NCBI GenBank assembly: GCA_038231275.1 | Contig: JBBRLQ010000002.1 | Span: 288,001 to 352,000 of the forward strand | DNA: 64,000 nt | Direction: 5' to 3' | From: Polyangiales bacterium | Lineage (GTDB): Bacteria > Myxococcota_A > Polyangia > Polyangiales > Polyangiaceae | Translations under genes and position numbers: made by a program | The notes under the pieces: generated by a model | What the model was told of the DNA's origin: nothing | The model's database searches: none | The model's input: the letters and a program-made list of their open reading frames with translations, nothing else | Shown: one piece after another, positions 1-10,169 of the stretch | Position numbering within the stretch: position 1 is the stretch's first letter | How the letters are laid out: each line of letters opens with the position of its first letter

Positions 1-1
1 C

Positions 2-298
<297 letters not shown>

Positions 299-305
299 CG
301 GCTCG

Positions 306-1118
306 ATGAAGCGCGCGCTCGCATGCGCGACGTGCGTGGCCCTCGTGGGTTGCGCCGGAGGATCACCGCTCCTTCACCCCGCGCAGACGCTGGACGCCGG
401 GGTCATTCGGGCGGCGGCGGGCGTGAGCGCGAACGTCGCGGTCGGCTCGATCGCCGAGGACGTGCGAAACGCGCGCGATCAAGCGGCGCAAAACATCGAC
501 GTGCCGGGGACGCCCGGGTCGAACCCGACCTACGCGAAGGGCGCGCTCGTCACCGCACTCGTGGCGCCAGGGCTCGCGCCGTTCGTCGCGGCGCGCGTCG
601 GTGTCGGCGGGCACGCGGAGGGCGGAATCGCATACACGGGGCGCGGCGCTCGGATCGATCTGCGTCGGTCGTTCGAGTCGGGCGGCTTCGCGCTCTCGGT
701 CGGCGCCGGCGTGACGGGCGCCTTCTACGGGCGGCAGCAGGGCTCGCCGCTGCCGAACGTCGAGCTGTCGGCGCTCCACGGCTTCGGCGCGGACGTCCCG
801 ATCCTCGTCGGCTGGCGGAGCGACGGCGGCCTCTACCACGTGTGGGGAGGGGCGCGCGGCGGCTTCGAGCGCGACGAGATCGAGAGCCTGACGAGCGAGC
901 CGAAGAGCGTCTCGATCGGCACGCCGCCGATTCATCTCGCCGCGACCCGCTACTACGGAGGCGGCCTCATCGGCGTCGGAACCGGCTTCCGCCACGTCCA
1001 CGTCGCCCTCGAGCTCGACGTCGCGTACCAGTCGGCGACCGGCGACTACAACGACACGCACGTGAAGGTCAGCGGCGTGGCCCTCTCGCCCGCGACCGCG
1101 CTCTGGTGGACCTTCTGA
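306..1118 (+). CDS. Hypothetical lipoprotein with probable outer-membrane beta-strand C-terminal region
   Basis: Lipobox-like LVGC; alternating Gly/hydrophobic strands; C-terminal aromatic end (ALWWTF). Confidence 0.7.
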   Translation: MKRALACATCVALVGCAGGSPLLHPAQTLDAGVIRAAAGVSANVAVGSIAEDVRNARDQAAQNIDVPGTPGSNPTYAKGALVTALVAPGLAPFVAARVGVGGHAEGGIAYTGRGARIDLRRSFESGGFALSVGAGVTGAFYGRQQGSPLPNVELSALHGFGADVPILVGWRSDGGLYHVWGGARGGFERDEIESLTSEPKSVSIGTPPIHLAATRYYGGGLIGVGTGFRHVHVALELDVAYQSATGDYNDTHVKVSGVALSPATALWWTF

Positions 1119-1205
1119 GGGGCCCCCGTAGGCTCCAACTTATTGAAATCGCACGACGCGGCTTGCAGAGCCGGCGGCCTCCCGTTAACCTAGTCGGAAC
1201 GACGA

Positions 1206-2072
1206 ATGCGCCTTCCCCTTCTCAGCCTCGCCCCCGCCGCACCCGCCGCCCTCGCGCTGCTCGTCGGTTGTTCCGCGCCCGTCGCGGCCTCCGCCGAAGC
1301 GGCCGACGCCGAAGCGACCAGCCCCGCCGCCGCGATCGTCGTGGTGGAGCGCACTGCCGGTCCCGGGGATGGGACGCGCGCCGAGGCGATCGCGCGCTTC
1401 GTGCAGATGCGCTCGGGCGTGGTCGATGAGGCCTCGCTGCGCATGATCGGCGCCGCCGTGGATTTCCCGGCGCTCGGCGGTTGCACGCAGGTCGGCCGCG
1501 GCTGGAGCGACGCGCCCGCGCGGGCGGTCAAGCTCGCGGACGTCGGCGGCGTCTCACTCGAGGCGAACGGCGTGAAGACGAGCCTCACCGCTCGGCAGCT
1601 CCCCGACGTCGCCGATCTCGTGAGCGGCGTCGTGTATACGGGCCGCGGCGAGAGCGCTCTCTCTCCTCAAGTACGCTACGTGCTCCGAAGCACGGGCACC
1701 GCGGAGGTCGACGCGTTCGAAGTGCTCGCGACCGCTCCGGCCGAGCCGTCCGACGTCCGCGTCGCGAGCCAGGACGGCCGCGCGCCCGTGCTCCTCGTCC
1801 CCGGCGCCGCGGTCGATCTTGCGTGGGAGGCCGGCGCGATCGACGATCTCATCTACGTCGACGTCGCCTCGCGCGATCGCACCAGGCCGGTCACGCGCTG
1901 CCTCTTCACGGACGGCGGCCACGCCACGCTCGCGAACGCGGCGCTCGGCGCGATCGACGAAGGAACGATCAGCGTTCATCGCCTGCACCGCGAAGGGTTC
2001 CGCGCGCGCGGGCTCGACTCGGGCGAGGTGCGCTTCGACTTCGCGCGGACGATCGCCTTCACTCGCCGCTGA
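1206..2072 (+). CDS. Hypothetical lipoprotein
   Basis: Signal peptide ending LLVGC; protein-like composition unlike the overlapping shadow ORFs. Confidence 0.75.
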   Translation: MRLPLLSLAPAAPAALALLVGCSAPVAASAEAADAEATSPAAAIVVVERTAGPGDGTRAEAIARFVQMRSGVVDEASLRMIGAAVDFPALGGCTQVGRGWSDAPARAVKLADVGGVSLEANGVKTSLTARQLPDVADLVSGVVYTGRGESALSPQVRYVLRSTGTAEVDAFEVLATAPAEPSDVRVASQDGRAPVLLVPGAAVDLAWEAGAIDDLIYVDVASRDRTRPVTRCLFTDGGHATLANAALGAIDEGTISVHRLHREGFRARGLDSGEVRFDFARTIAFTRR

Positions 2073-2191
2073 GGTGGAGCGAAGCGCAGCGGAGCGAAAC
2101 GCTCCTGACGGAAGGCCCGAGCGGCTTTTTCCGGTCCGGCCTCGAAGCGACAAAACTTGATTTTCCGAGGCCTGGAACTAGGGTCCGGTCC

Positions 2192-3004
2192 ATGCGTGGC
2201 GTCCTCGCGTTCTCGGCCATCGCGCTCCTCGCAGCGCACGCCCGTGGGGACGCGCCCAAAAAGCCGACTCCCGCGAAGAAGCCGGGCCCCGTCGCGCACG
2301 TCGCCAAGCCGATGCCCCCGAAGTACGCCCAGTATGTGAAGGGCTGGCACACGCCGACGCCGAACAAACCTGCGCCGACGGATGCGAACGGCCGTCCGCT
2401 GCTCGCGCTCCTCGCGCTGAACACGGGCGATCGACTGGAGCTGCCCGCGATCACCGACCGCGGCGGCTTCGCGGCGTCGCAGCTCGATCGCGCCGCGTTC
2501 GTCCTGCGCGAGGCGCACTCGGGGAACGAGCACCCAATCGAGCCGCGGCTGCTCGACGTCGTCTACGCGATCCAGACGCATTTCTCCGCGCAAGAGGTGC
2601 GAATGGTCTCTGGCTACCGAACGCCATACCACGGCGCGTCGAACCACGGACGCGGGCGCGCGATGGATCTCGTGGTGCCGGGCGCCAGCGACGAGGACGT
2701 TGCGAAGTTCGCGCGCGAGATGGGCTTCGTCGGCGTGGGCGTCTATCCACAGAGCGGCTTCGTGCACGTGGACGTGCGCGACCGGAGCTACTTCTGGATC
2801 GACGCCAGCGGCCCCGGGCGGCGAAACCGCGAGCGCGGCATCCTCGGGGACTTGGCGCAAAAGAGCGACCAGCGCGCGCTCTCCCGTGGCGACAAGCCGA
2901 CCCTCCCCTTCGTGATGGGCACGGACGTCGACGCCGCGCTGGCGCTCGCGAGGGGAACCGCCGGTCCCCCCCCGGCCGACGACGACGACGACGATACGGA
3001 CTAA
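2192..3004 (+). CDS. YcbK/DUF882 (peptidase M15-like) secreted peptidoglycan peptidase
   Basis: Signal peptide; motifs SGYRT, SNHGRGRAMD and GVGVYPQSGFVHVDVR typical of M15/YcbK Zn peptidases; start reassigned to ATG 2192. Confidence 0.85.
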   Translation: MRGVLAFSAIALLAAHARGDAPKKPTPAKKPGPVAHVAKPMPPKYAQYVKGWHTPTPNKPAPTDANGRPLLALLALNTGDRLELPAITDRGGFAASQLDRAAFVLREAHSGNEHPIEPRLLDVVYAIQTHFSAQEVRMVSGYRTPYHGASNHGRGRAMDLVVPGASDEDVAKFAREMGFVGVGVYPQSGFVHVDVRDRSYFWIDASGPGRRNRERGILGDLAQKSDQRALSRGDKPTLPFVMGTDVDAALALARGTAGPPPADDDDDDTD

Positions 3005-3013
3005 CCTAGAGCG

Positions 3014-4963
3014 GTGGATCCGGACGTCGCGCAGCTCGTCAAAGAGGAGCGGCTGATCGCGGCCGCCGAGCTGGCCTCGCTTCGCGGTGCTCATGGCGTC
3101 GCATCGGATCTGTACGAGCGCGCGTGCGCGTGGAAGGAGGCTGCGCTCGCCGCGCTGTCTGCAGGAGACGCCGCGCGCGCGTTGCCTCTCGCGGTTGCAG
3201 GAGGCGACGATACGACCGCGGAGAAGGCGCTCGCGGCGGTCGCGCACGACAAGAGCGCGCTCGGTCGGGTGGCCGCACGCCTCGAGCGACGCGGTGATCA
3301 CGGATGGTGCGCGCGTCTGCACGAAGCGGCGGGAGACAGGGCGCAGGCGGCCCGATCGTGGGAGCGCGCCGGTGAGGCGGTACGCGCGGCGCGCTTGCTC
3401 GAGGAGGCCGCAGACGTCGTCGGCGCGGCGCGCGTGCTCGAGTCGGCCATTCGGAGAGATCCATCGATCTGGGCGCGACACGTCGCGCTCGGCGCGCTGC
3501 TCCTTCGCTACGGCAAGGCAGAGGCGGCGGCGCGCGCACTCCAGAAGGTACCGGCAGCGGCGACCGAGCGAAGGGCCGCGCTGACCCTGCTCGCCCGCGC
3601 GCTCGAGAAGCTCGGCCTCGGACAGGCGCTCGCGGAGGTGACCTTCGAGCTCGACGCGCTCGGGGGACCGCTCGAGCCCGCGGCGGTCGACGCGCCGCCG
3701 GCCGCCGTCAAGGCGCGGCTCTTCGGCCGCTACGAGGTCTTGCGCGAGGTCGCCTCGAGCCCGAGCGCGCGCGTCGTCGAGTGCATCGACGGCGTGCGCA
3801 ACGAGCACGTCGCCGTGAAGGTCTTCGCCGCGTACGACGCGCGAGGGGCCGGTCGCGACGCGCTCGCGCGCTTCGAGCGAGAGGTGAAGGTGCTGGGCAC
3901 GCTCGATCACCCGAACGTGGTGCCGCTACGCGACTACATGCCCGAGGGCCCGGCGATCGCGCTCATGTGGATGAACGGCGGCACCCTCGAGAACCGCATG
4001 GAGGGTGGCGCGCTCTCGCCGGCGCGGGCGGTCGAGATCGCGTGCGCCGTCCTGAGCGCGCTGGCGGAGGCGCATCGGCTCGGCGTCTTGCATCGCGACG
4101 TGAAGCCCGCGAACGTGCTCTTCGACGACGCCGGCGTCGCGCGCCTCGGCGACTTCGGCGTCGCGCACCTCGGCGATCTCTCTGCGACCGCGACCGCCGG
4201 CGTCATCGGCACGCTCGCGTACATGAGCCCCGAGCAGCGCGAAGGAAGGCCGGCCACGCTCAAGAGCGATCTCTACGGCGTAGGCGCGATGCTCCTCGAG
4301 ATGCTCACCGGCGATCGCCCCGAGCCGCCCGAGCCGCCGCGCACGCTGCCCAGCGGCGCGCACCGCGATCTCGACGCGCGCCACGATCGGCTGGTCATGC
4401 GCATGATCTCGGCGGAGCCCGATGGGCGACCGGCGGACGCGTTCACGGCGCGTCGCATGCTGACGGCGCTGTCGTGGCCGAGCGTCGTCGAACCCGCTGC
4501 GCCCAAGCCGCCGAAGCGGGCCCCGAGCGAGCACCCGCGCGCTGGGCGTGTGACGGTCCGCGACGACGGCACCGCCGTCGACGGATGGATCGAGCGCGCG
4601 ATCGAGCGGGTGCCGCTGAACGAGCACTCCCTCGCTCGGGCCAAAGCGTTCGCGCGCGCGGGCCACCGCGGCCTCCAGACGGTGCTCCGCGTCGATCGCG
4701 AGGGAGAAGAGATCTGGCTGGAGCCCACGCGTGGCGATCCCGCAGCCGCCCTCACGCGCGCGCAAGCTCTGGAGATCGAGGCCGCGCTCGACGCGCTCCA
4801 CGCCGAGGGCGCGACGCACGGCGCCGTCGACGCCGCGCACGTCCTCGTAGGAGCGACCGGCGCCGTCGTCCTGCGCTTCACCCCGAGCGCGCCGGCCACG
4901 GCGAGCGTCGACACCGATCGCCTGGGGATCGCGCGCCTCTCGGCCTCCCCCGCGACTACTTGA
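3014..4963 (+). CDS. Ser/Thr protein kinase with N-terminal helical (TPR-like) repeats
   Basis: VAVK, LHRDVKPANVL, GDFG and GTLAYMSPEQ Hanks motifs. Confidence 0.9.
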   Translation: MDPDVAQLVKEERLIAAAELASLRGAHGVASDLYERACAWKEAALAALSAGDAARALPLAVAGGDDTTAEKALAAVAHDKSALGRVAARLERRGDHGWCARLHEAAGDRAQAARSWERAGEAVRAARLLEEAADVVGAARVLESAIRRDPSIWARHVALGALLLRYGKAEAAARALQKVPAAATERRAALTLLARALEKLGLGQALAEVTFELDALGGPLEPAAVDAPPAAVKARLFGRYEVLREVASSPSARVVECIDGVRNEHVAVKVFAAYDARGAGRDALARFEREVKVLGTLDHPNVVPLRDYMPEGPAIALMWMNGGTLENRMEGGALSPARAVEIACAVLSALAEAHRLGVLHRDVKPANVLFDDAGVARLGDFGVAHLGDLSATATAGVIGTLAYMSPEQREGRPATLKSDLYGVGAMLLEMLTGDRPEPPEPPRTLPSGAHRDLDARHDRLVMRMISAEPDGRPADAFTARRMLTALSWPSVVEPAAPKPPKRAPSEHPRAGRVTVRDDGTAVDGWIERAIERVPLNEHSLARAKAFARAGHRGLQTVLRVDREGEEIWLEPTRGDPAAALTRAQALEIEAALDALHAEGATHGAVDAAHVLVGATGAVVLRFTPSAPATASVDTDRLGIARLSASPATT

Positions 4964-5528
4964 CGGACTTCGGGGCGGTCGTCGGCGCCGCAGCAGGTGT
5001 CGGCGTCGGCGCAGGCTTCGGGGCGGCCGTCGACGCGGGCGCCGGTGCGGTCGGCTCGTCGTCGATGATCGCGTAGCGGAGCTCGCGCGGAACCCCCTCG
5101 CGCTCGTACTCGACGCGGAGCTCGCTCGAGACGTCGAGCGACTTGAACGCTTCGAGCGCCTCTTCCGGATGCTCGATCGAGAAGCCGTTGACGTGGGTGA
5201 CGACGTCTCCCGCTTTCAGATCCACTCCCTGGAACATCCCCGGGTCGTTGAGTCGCTGCACGCGGAAGCCTTGGAAGCGCCCACCCTGGAAGACGGCGTG
5301 CTCGTCGAGCGTCACGCGCTGCAAAAACGCGCCGGGTCCTGCCTGGAGCACGGCGTGGAGCTGCGAGCGCCGGATCGATCCCGCCGGCGTGGGGAGCGGC
5401 GTCGGTGCGGGTGCGACGACGGCCGTACGCGCGGCCTGACCGGACGGCCCCTCGGCGGGCGGAGCCGAGCCCCCGCACGCGACGAGCCCCACGAGGAAGA
5501 GTCCCACGAGTCCGGCGGCGCTTCGCAT
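4956..5528 (-). CDS. PDZ-domain lipoprotein (GspC C-terminal-like)
   Basis: Lipobox LVAC; FQGFRV...LKAGDVVTHVNGFSI PDZ signature; start uncertain (5528 or 5564). Confidence 0.75.
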   Translation of the reverse strand: MRSAAGLVGLFLVGLVACGGSAPPAEGPSGQAARTAVVAPAPTPLPTPAGSIRRSQLHAVLQAGPGAFLQRVTLDEHAVFQGGRFQGFRVQRLNDPGMFQGVDLKAGDVVTHVNGFSIEHPEEALEAFKSLDVSSELRVEYEREGVPRELRYAIIDDEPTAPAPASTAAPKPAPTPTPAAAPTTAPKSVK

Positions 5529-5601
5529 GTCGTAGACCCTGCCTCGAACGGGCTGCTTTTTCAACTTTCGAGCAGAAACGCCGGACAGGGCCGCCCGAGG
5601 G

Positions 5602-6246
5602 CTACGCCGTCCGCCAGTGGGCGTCGTACGCCTCGATCACGCGGCGCTCCACGTCGTCGATGCTCCCGATCGCGTCGACGAGGACGATCTTGTCCTTCGG
5701 CATGTGGCGCGGGAGCTCCTTGTAGAAGGCGGCCAGCGCGCGCTGCACCTCGTTCTGCTCGTACAGCTGCGCGGCCTCTCCGCGCGCTTCGCGGCGGGCG
5801 GCGCCGACGTCGGGCGGCACATCCAGAACGATCGTGAGATCGGGGCGCAGCGCGAGATGGTTGATCTCGCGGATCCACTCGATCGTGGCCTCTCCCCCTC
5901 TCCCGCTGCTGACGCTCTGGTACGCGAGGCTCGAGGCGTCGTACCGGTCGCTGAGGACGACGCCGCCGGAGGCCAAAAAAGGCTCGATTTCGCTCTCGAC
6001 GTGATCCATTCGATCCGCCGCGAAGAGGAGCGCCATCGTCGCCCAGCCGGGCGCGCGCCCGCCTGGAAGGACGATGCGACCCGTGAGCACCTGCCGCACG
6101 AGCGTGCCGACCGGCCCATCGCTTGGCTCGCGCGTCGTCCGCACGGGGCGGTCGCCCTTCTTCTTCAATCGATCGGCGAGGCGAGCGACCTGCGTGGTCG
6201 TTCCCGCGCCGTCGATGCCCTCGATCACCACGAAGCGTCCGCCCAT
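5602..6246 (-). CDS. tmk: Thymidylate kinase
   Basis: FVVIEGIDGAGTTTQ, TREP, LLFAADR, SDRY..SSLAYQ, PDLTIVLDV. Confidence 0.93.
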   Translation of the reverse strand: MGGRFVVIEGIDGAGTTTQVARLADRLKKKGDRPVRTTREPSDGPVGTLVRQVLTGRIVLPGGRAPGWATMALLFAADRMDHVESEIEPFLASGGVVLSDRYDASSLAYQSVSSGRGGEATIEWIREINHLALRPDLTIVLDVPPDVGAARREARGEAAQLYEQNEVQRALAAFYKELPRHMPKDKIVLVDAIGSIDDVERRVIEAYDAHWRTA

Positions 6247-6327
6247 CTTCTCCACGAGGCCTGACTTAGCGCAGGGCGCGCCCAACGTCACTACAGAGCG
6301 TCACTGGGGACGCGCCACCCCTCGGCG

Positions 6328-7215
6328 TCACGCGCCCGTCGAGCCCGGGCCGGGGACCGGGTCCTCGCCGAGGACGACGTTGTCGATCAGGCGCGTCGTC
6401 CCGATGCGGCAGGCCATCGCCACGAGCGCGCGATCTCCGATCGCGTCACCGTCGGGGATGGACGCGAGGCCGTCGGCGGTCGTGACGTCGACGTAGTCGA
6501 TCGAGGTGGCGACCGCCTGAACGGGAGCGCGCGCGAGGGCGCGGAGCTTCGAGGCGCTCCGTTCGCCGGCTGCGAACGCGCGGGCGGCGGCGGCGAGGCC
6601 ACGCGAGAGCGCCAGCGCGCTTGTGCGCTCCTCTGTCGACAGGTAGGCGTTGCGCGAGCTCATCGCGAGCCCGTCGGCCTCGCGGACGATGGGATGACCC
6701 ACGACCTCGACCGGCAGGAACAAGTCGCGCGCGACGCGCCGGAGGATCGCCAGCTGCTGGTAGTCCTTCTTGCCGAAGACGGCGACGCACGGCCCCGTGA
6801 GCGCCAAGAGCTTCGTGACGATCGTGGCAACTCCCTCGAAGTGGCCCGGGCGGAACGGCCCGCAGAGAGAGGCCGCGAGGGTGCCGACGTGCACGCGTGT
6901 TTGCTCCCCTTCCGGGTACATCGCCCTACCCTCCGGCGCGAAGACCAGATCGGCGTGCGCCGTCGCCAGCTTGCGACGATCGCCGTCCAGATCGCGCGGG
7001 TATTTCGCGAAGTCTTCGTGGGGGCCGAATTGGGTGGGATTCACGAAGATGGAGACGACGACGAGATCCGTGCGCGCCTTCGCCTCCCGAACGAGCGCGA
7101 GATGACCTTCGTGGAGCGCGCCCATCGTCGGGACGAGACCGACCTTCTGCCCGCGCGCGCGCGCCTCGTCGCACGCGCGGCGGAAGTCCTCCGGAGACGT
7201 GACCGCTTGCGTCAT
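6328..7215 (-). CDS. panC: Pantoate--beta-alanine ligase
   Basis: [49 protein letters not shown]. Confidence 0.97.
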   Translation of the reverse strand: MTQAVTSPEDFRRACDEARARGQKVGLVPTMGALHEGHLALVREAKARTDLVVVSIFVNPTQFGPHEDFAKYPRDLDGDRRKLATAHADLVFAPEGRAMYPEGEQTRVHVGTLAASLCGPFRPGHFEGVATIVTKLLALTGPCVAVFGKKDYQQLAILRRVARDLFLPVEVVGHPIVREADGLAMSSRNAYLSTEERTSALALSRGLAAAARAFAAGERSASKLRALARAPVQAVATSIDYVDVTTADGLASIPDGDAIGDRALVAMACRIGTTRLIDNVVLGEDPVPGPGSTGA

Positions 7216-7279
7216 GGCACGCGAAGATAGCGCTCACTGTTTGCTTTACACGTCTCTTTCACGGCGTAAGCTGCCGCCG

Positions 7280-7876
7280 ATGCGTCCGATGCGTCCGATG
7301 CCGCCGACTGCACGCGCCGTTGCCCCTCGCGCGATCGCGGTCTCGATCGCCGTCCTCACGAGCGCGCTCGTCGCCGCGTGCGGGAGCCGCGGGCCGCTCG
7401 ATATCGAGATCGTTCAGGGTCTCGGCGCGGACGCCGCCGCCGACGCGACCGGCACGCTCAGCGACGCCGCCGCCGACGCGGACGCCGCCGAGACCTCGGT
7501 CGACGCAGGCCACGAGGCGAGCCTCGTCGACTGCGGCACCTGCGTCGCGCAGCAGTGTGGGCAGACGATCCTGAAGTGCGTCCAGTCGACGACGTGCCGA
7601 ACGACGCTGCAGTGCGCGGTTCAGAAGTGCTTCGCCGGCGGCAACACGAGCCCAGCGTGCCTCCTCCAGTGCTCCCCGGATCCGGCGGGCCTCCTTCCCA
7701 TCGTCTCGATCGTCTCGTGCATCGCCACCAAGTGCGGCGCCGACTGCACCTCGGTGCTCGGCGGCCTCGGCGGGCTTGGTGGCGGGGGCGGCGGGGGCGG
7801 CGGGGGCGGCGGCGGGGGCGGCGGCGGCGGCGGGGGCGGCGGGGGCGGCGGCGGGGGCGGGCGCGACGGCGGCTGA
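7280..7876 (+). CDS. Cys-rich lipoprotein with C-terminal poly-Gly tail
   Basis: LVAAC lipobox; repeated CxxC/CxxxxC motifs; ~30 Gly at the end; start uncertain. Confidence 0.7.
   Translation: MRPMRPMPPTARAVAPRAIAVSIAVLTSALVAACGSRGPLDIEIVQGLGADAAADATGTLSDAAADADAAETSVDAGHEASLVDCGTCVAQQCGQTILKCVQSTTCRTTLQCAVQKCFAGGNTSPACLLQCSPDPAGLLPIVSIVSCIATKCGADCTSVLGGLGGLGGGGGGGGGGGGGGGGGGGGGGGGGGGGRDGG
7771..7861 (+). repeat. GGC/GGG microsatellite encoding poly-glycine
   Basis: Nearly pure (GGCGGGGGC)n-type tract in the sequence. Confidence 0.9.
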
Positions 7877-7932
7877 TCCGTCGTCCGCGAGACGGCAGAA
7901 TCTCGACGGTTCGCGCGCGAGCGGGTAGATGC

Positions 7933-8979
7933 ATGGAGATGCTGGGGACTCGCTCTCGGAGGGGGAAGGCCGCGATCGTCGTCGCCCTGGCGATGGCGTG
8001 TGTCGCGACGGCTTCGAGCAGCAGCGCGGCAGAGCCTACGCAGACCGAGCTCCGAGAGGCGCGCGACCTGTTCGCGCGCGCGGAGAAGGACGAGAAGGCC
8101 GGGGACTGGAACGGCGCGCTCGAGAAGCTGCGCCGGATCACGCAGATCAAGGTGACGCCGGGTGTCCGCTTCCACATCGCGCTCGCCGAGGAGAAGACAG
8201 GCCAGCTCGTGGCTGCGCTCGCCGACTTCGCGCTCGCGGAGAAGCAGGCCACCGACGAGAAGAACCGTGAGGTCCTCGCCGCGCTGAAAGACCCGATCGC
8301 CGCGCTGCAGGCACGCGTTCCCCGACTGGTCGTCAAGGCGCCGCCCGACGTGAAAGGGCTCGAGGTGGTCGTCGACGGCAAGACGCTCGCCCCCGGCCTC
8401 TACGCCGCCGAGATGCCCGTCGATCCGAAGGCACACACCGTCGACGCGAGGGCGCCGGGGCGCAAGCCGTTCACGCGCACGATCATTGGGCAGGAGCGCG
8501 AGATCACCACAGTGGATGTGGTCCTCGACGACGACGCGAAGCCGGCGCCGACGCCTGGTCCCGCGCCCCTCCCGACGCCACGCCCTGCCCCGGTACCGAC
8601 GCCGAATCCACCGCCGAGCGCAGGGCCTTCGACGTCTGCGCCTCCGCCCAAGTCGGAGAGCAAGACGGCGGCGATCGTCGCCACGGTCGGCGCGGTCGCG
8701 CTCATCGGCGCGGGCGTCGGAGCCTTCTTCATCGCCGACGGTCAGCAGTCCGACGGTAAGACCCAGTGCGCCGCGCGCACGCCGCAGGCAGGTTGCGACG
8801 ATCTGCGGAGTCCCGTTCGGACATGGGACACCGTCGCGCTCGCGACGTGGGTGGGCGGCGCCGCGCTCGCGACGGTCGCGGTCATTCTATGGGCGAAGCC
8901 GAGCGCGTCGGCCACCACGAGCACGACGGGTCGCCTGTTCGTCGGACCCGGCGCCGCCGGCGTCGCAGGCACCTTCTGA
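7933..8979 (+). CDS. TPR/PEGA-domain exported protein with C-terminal hydrophobic segments
   Basis: Signal peptide; helical N-terminus; PEGA-like EVVVDG...PVDPKAHTVDARAPG; Pro-rich linker; ends GVAGTF. Confidence 0.8.
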   Translation: MEMLGTRSRRGKAAIVVALAMACVATASSSSAAEPTQTELREARDLFARAEKDEKAGDWNGALEKLRRITQIKVTPGVRFHIALAEEKTGQLVAALADFALAEKQATDEKNREVLAALKDPIAALQARVPRLVVKAPPDVKGLEVVVDGKTLAPGLYAAEMPVDPKAHTVDARAPGRKPFTRTIIGQEREITTVDVVLDDDAKPAPTPGPAPLPTPRPAPVPTPNPPPSAGPSTSAPPPKSESKTAAIVATVGAVALIGAGVGAFFIADGQQSDGKTQCAARTPQAGCDDLRSPVRTWDTVALATWVGGAALATVAVILWAKPSASATTSTTGRLFVGPGAAGVAGTF

Positions 8980-10160
8980 TGCGCGCCCATCACGTCGCCG
9001 CGGTCCTGGTCGGTGCGTCGCTCGCGGCGTGCGGGATCGACCTGTTCCACTCGACCGACTTCGACACTCTCTGCGCGAGCGATCCGACCGCCGACGCGTG
9101 CGCGTCCTCGCCCGACGCGACCGCCGACGGTCCGGGGACCAAGCCCGACGGCAACACCGGTGACGGAAGCGACACCGGCAACGGCGACGGCGGCGATGCC
9201 GAAGGCGGCACGCCGGGCGAAGGCGGCGGGCGCGACTCGGCGCCGACTGATTTCTGCACGTGGACTCTGACCGACGCGCACACCGCCGCGCGTCGCGCCT
9301 GCGCGTGGCTCGGCGCGTGCGTCGGCGCGCTCGGCCCGAACGATCTCGGGCAGTGCTTCGAAGACGCGCTTCGCGCCTACGACTGCCCGCTCTTCCCGAA
9401 CCGTCAGGTCACCGGCAAGCTCCACAAATACTGGGACTGCCTCCAGCAGGTAACGTCGTGCGCCGATGTGCTCTCGTGCGTGACGGCCGGCGCCGGCGCC
9501 GGGTGCAGCACCGGCGCAGGTCCCGGAGATTTTGCCGAGTGCGCCGCGGCTGGTGACGTCGGCTACGACTGCGCGCCCGACGGCGGCGCGCCGCTCGCCA
9601 TCGTCGGATGCCCGGGCCAAGGGCGCGCGTGCCAGACGGTCGGAAGCTCACCGCTCTGCGTGGGAACGGCGGGCGTCTGCGTAGGCTCGCCGCCCCCGTC
9701 GTGCAACGCCGCAAAGGTTCAATACTGCGGGGGCGGAACCGATCAGGGCGTCGACTGCGCGCTCTTCGGCGCGGGCAGCTGCGTGACGAACGCAGGCGTG
9801 GGCCCCTCGTGCCTCCCGACCGCCGGCGCCACCGCGTGCACGCCCGACGCGTCCGTCCTCTGCTACGGCGCGGTCGCCCTCGGCTGCCCTAGCGGGCGCA
9901 TCGAGTCGCTCGACTGCCACGATCTGCTCGAGAACGCGGGCACCTGTACGGGCACGAGCACCGGCCCCGCGTGGGACGTCGCGCGCGCGTGCACGGCGTC
10001 CGGATCCGCGTGCACGGCAGGGTGCACGAGCGACGGCGGCGTCGTCGGATGCCACCGCGGACCGCATCGCCTCGAGGTCAACTGCGCGGACTATGGATTG
10101 AAGCCGTGCAAGGCGGTCACGCACCTGTCGGTGAGCACGTACCAGTGCGCCCCGCCGTGA
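8979..10160 (+). CDS. Cys-rich secreted lipoprotein
   Basis: ATG overlaps the upstream TGA; LAAC lipobox; Asp/Gly linker followed by a very Cys-rich region. Confidence 0.8.
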   Translation: MRAHHVAAVLVGASLAACGIDLFHSTDFDTLCASDPTADACASSPDATADGPGTKPDGNTGDGSDTGNGDGGDAEGGTPGEGGGRDSAPTDFCTWTLTDAHTAARRACAWLGACVGALGPNDLGQCFEDALRAYDCPLFPNRQVTGKLHKYWDCLQQVTSCADVLSCVTAGAGAGCSTGAGPGDFAECAAAGDVGYDCAPDGGAPLAIVGCPGQGRACQTVGSSPLCVGTAGVCVGSPPPSCNAAKVQYCGGGTDQGVDCALFGAGSCVTNAGVGPSCLPTAGATACTPDASVLCYGAVALGCPSGRIESLDCHDLLENAGTCTGTSTGPAWDVARACTASGSACTAGCTSDGGVVGCHRGPHRLEVNCADYGLKPCKAVTHLSVSTYQCAPP

Positions 10161-10169
10161 CGGCGGCGA

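Noticed and set aside
2091-2150. Hammerhead-ribozyme-like layout (hairpin, CTGACGGA, stem, CGAAG)
   Set aside because: The core deviates from CUGANGA/GAAA and there is no NUH cleavage triplet or stem III
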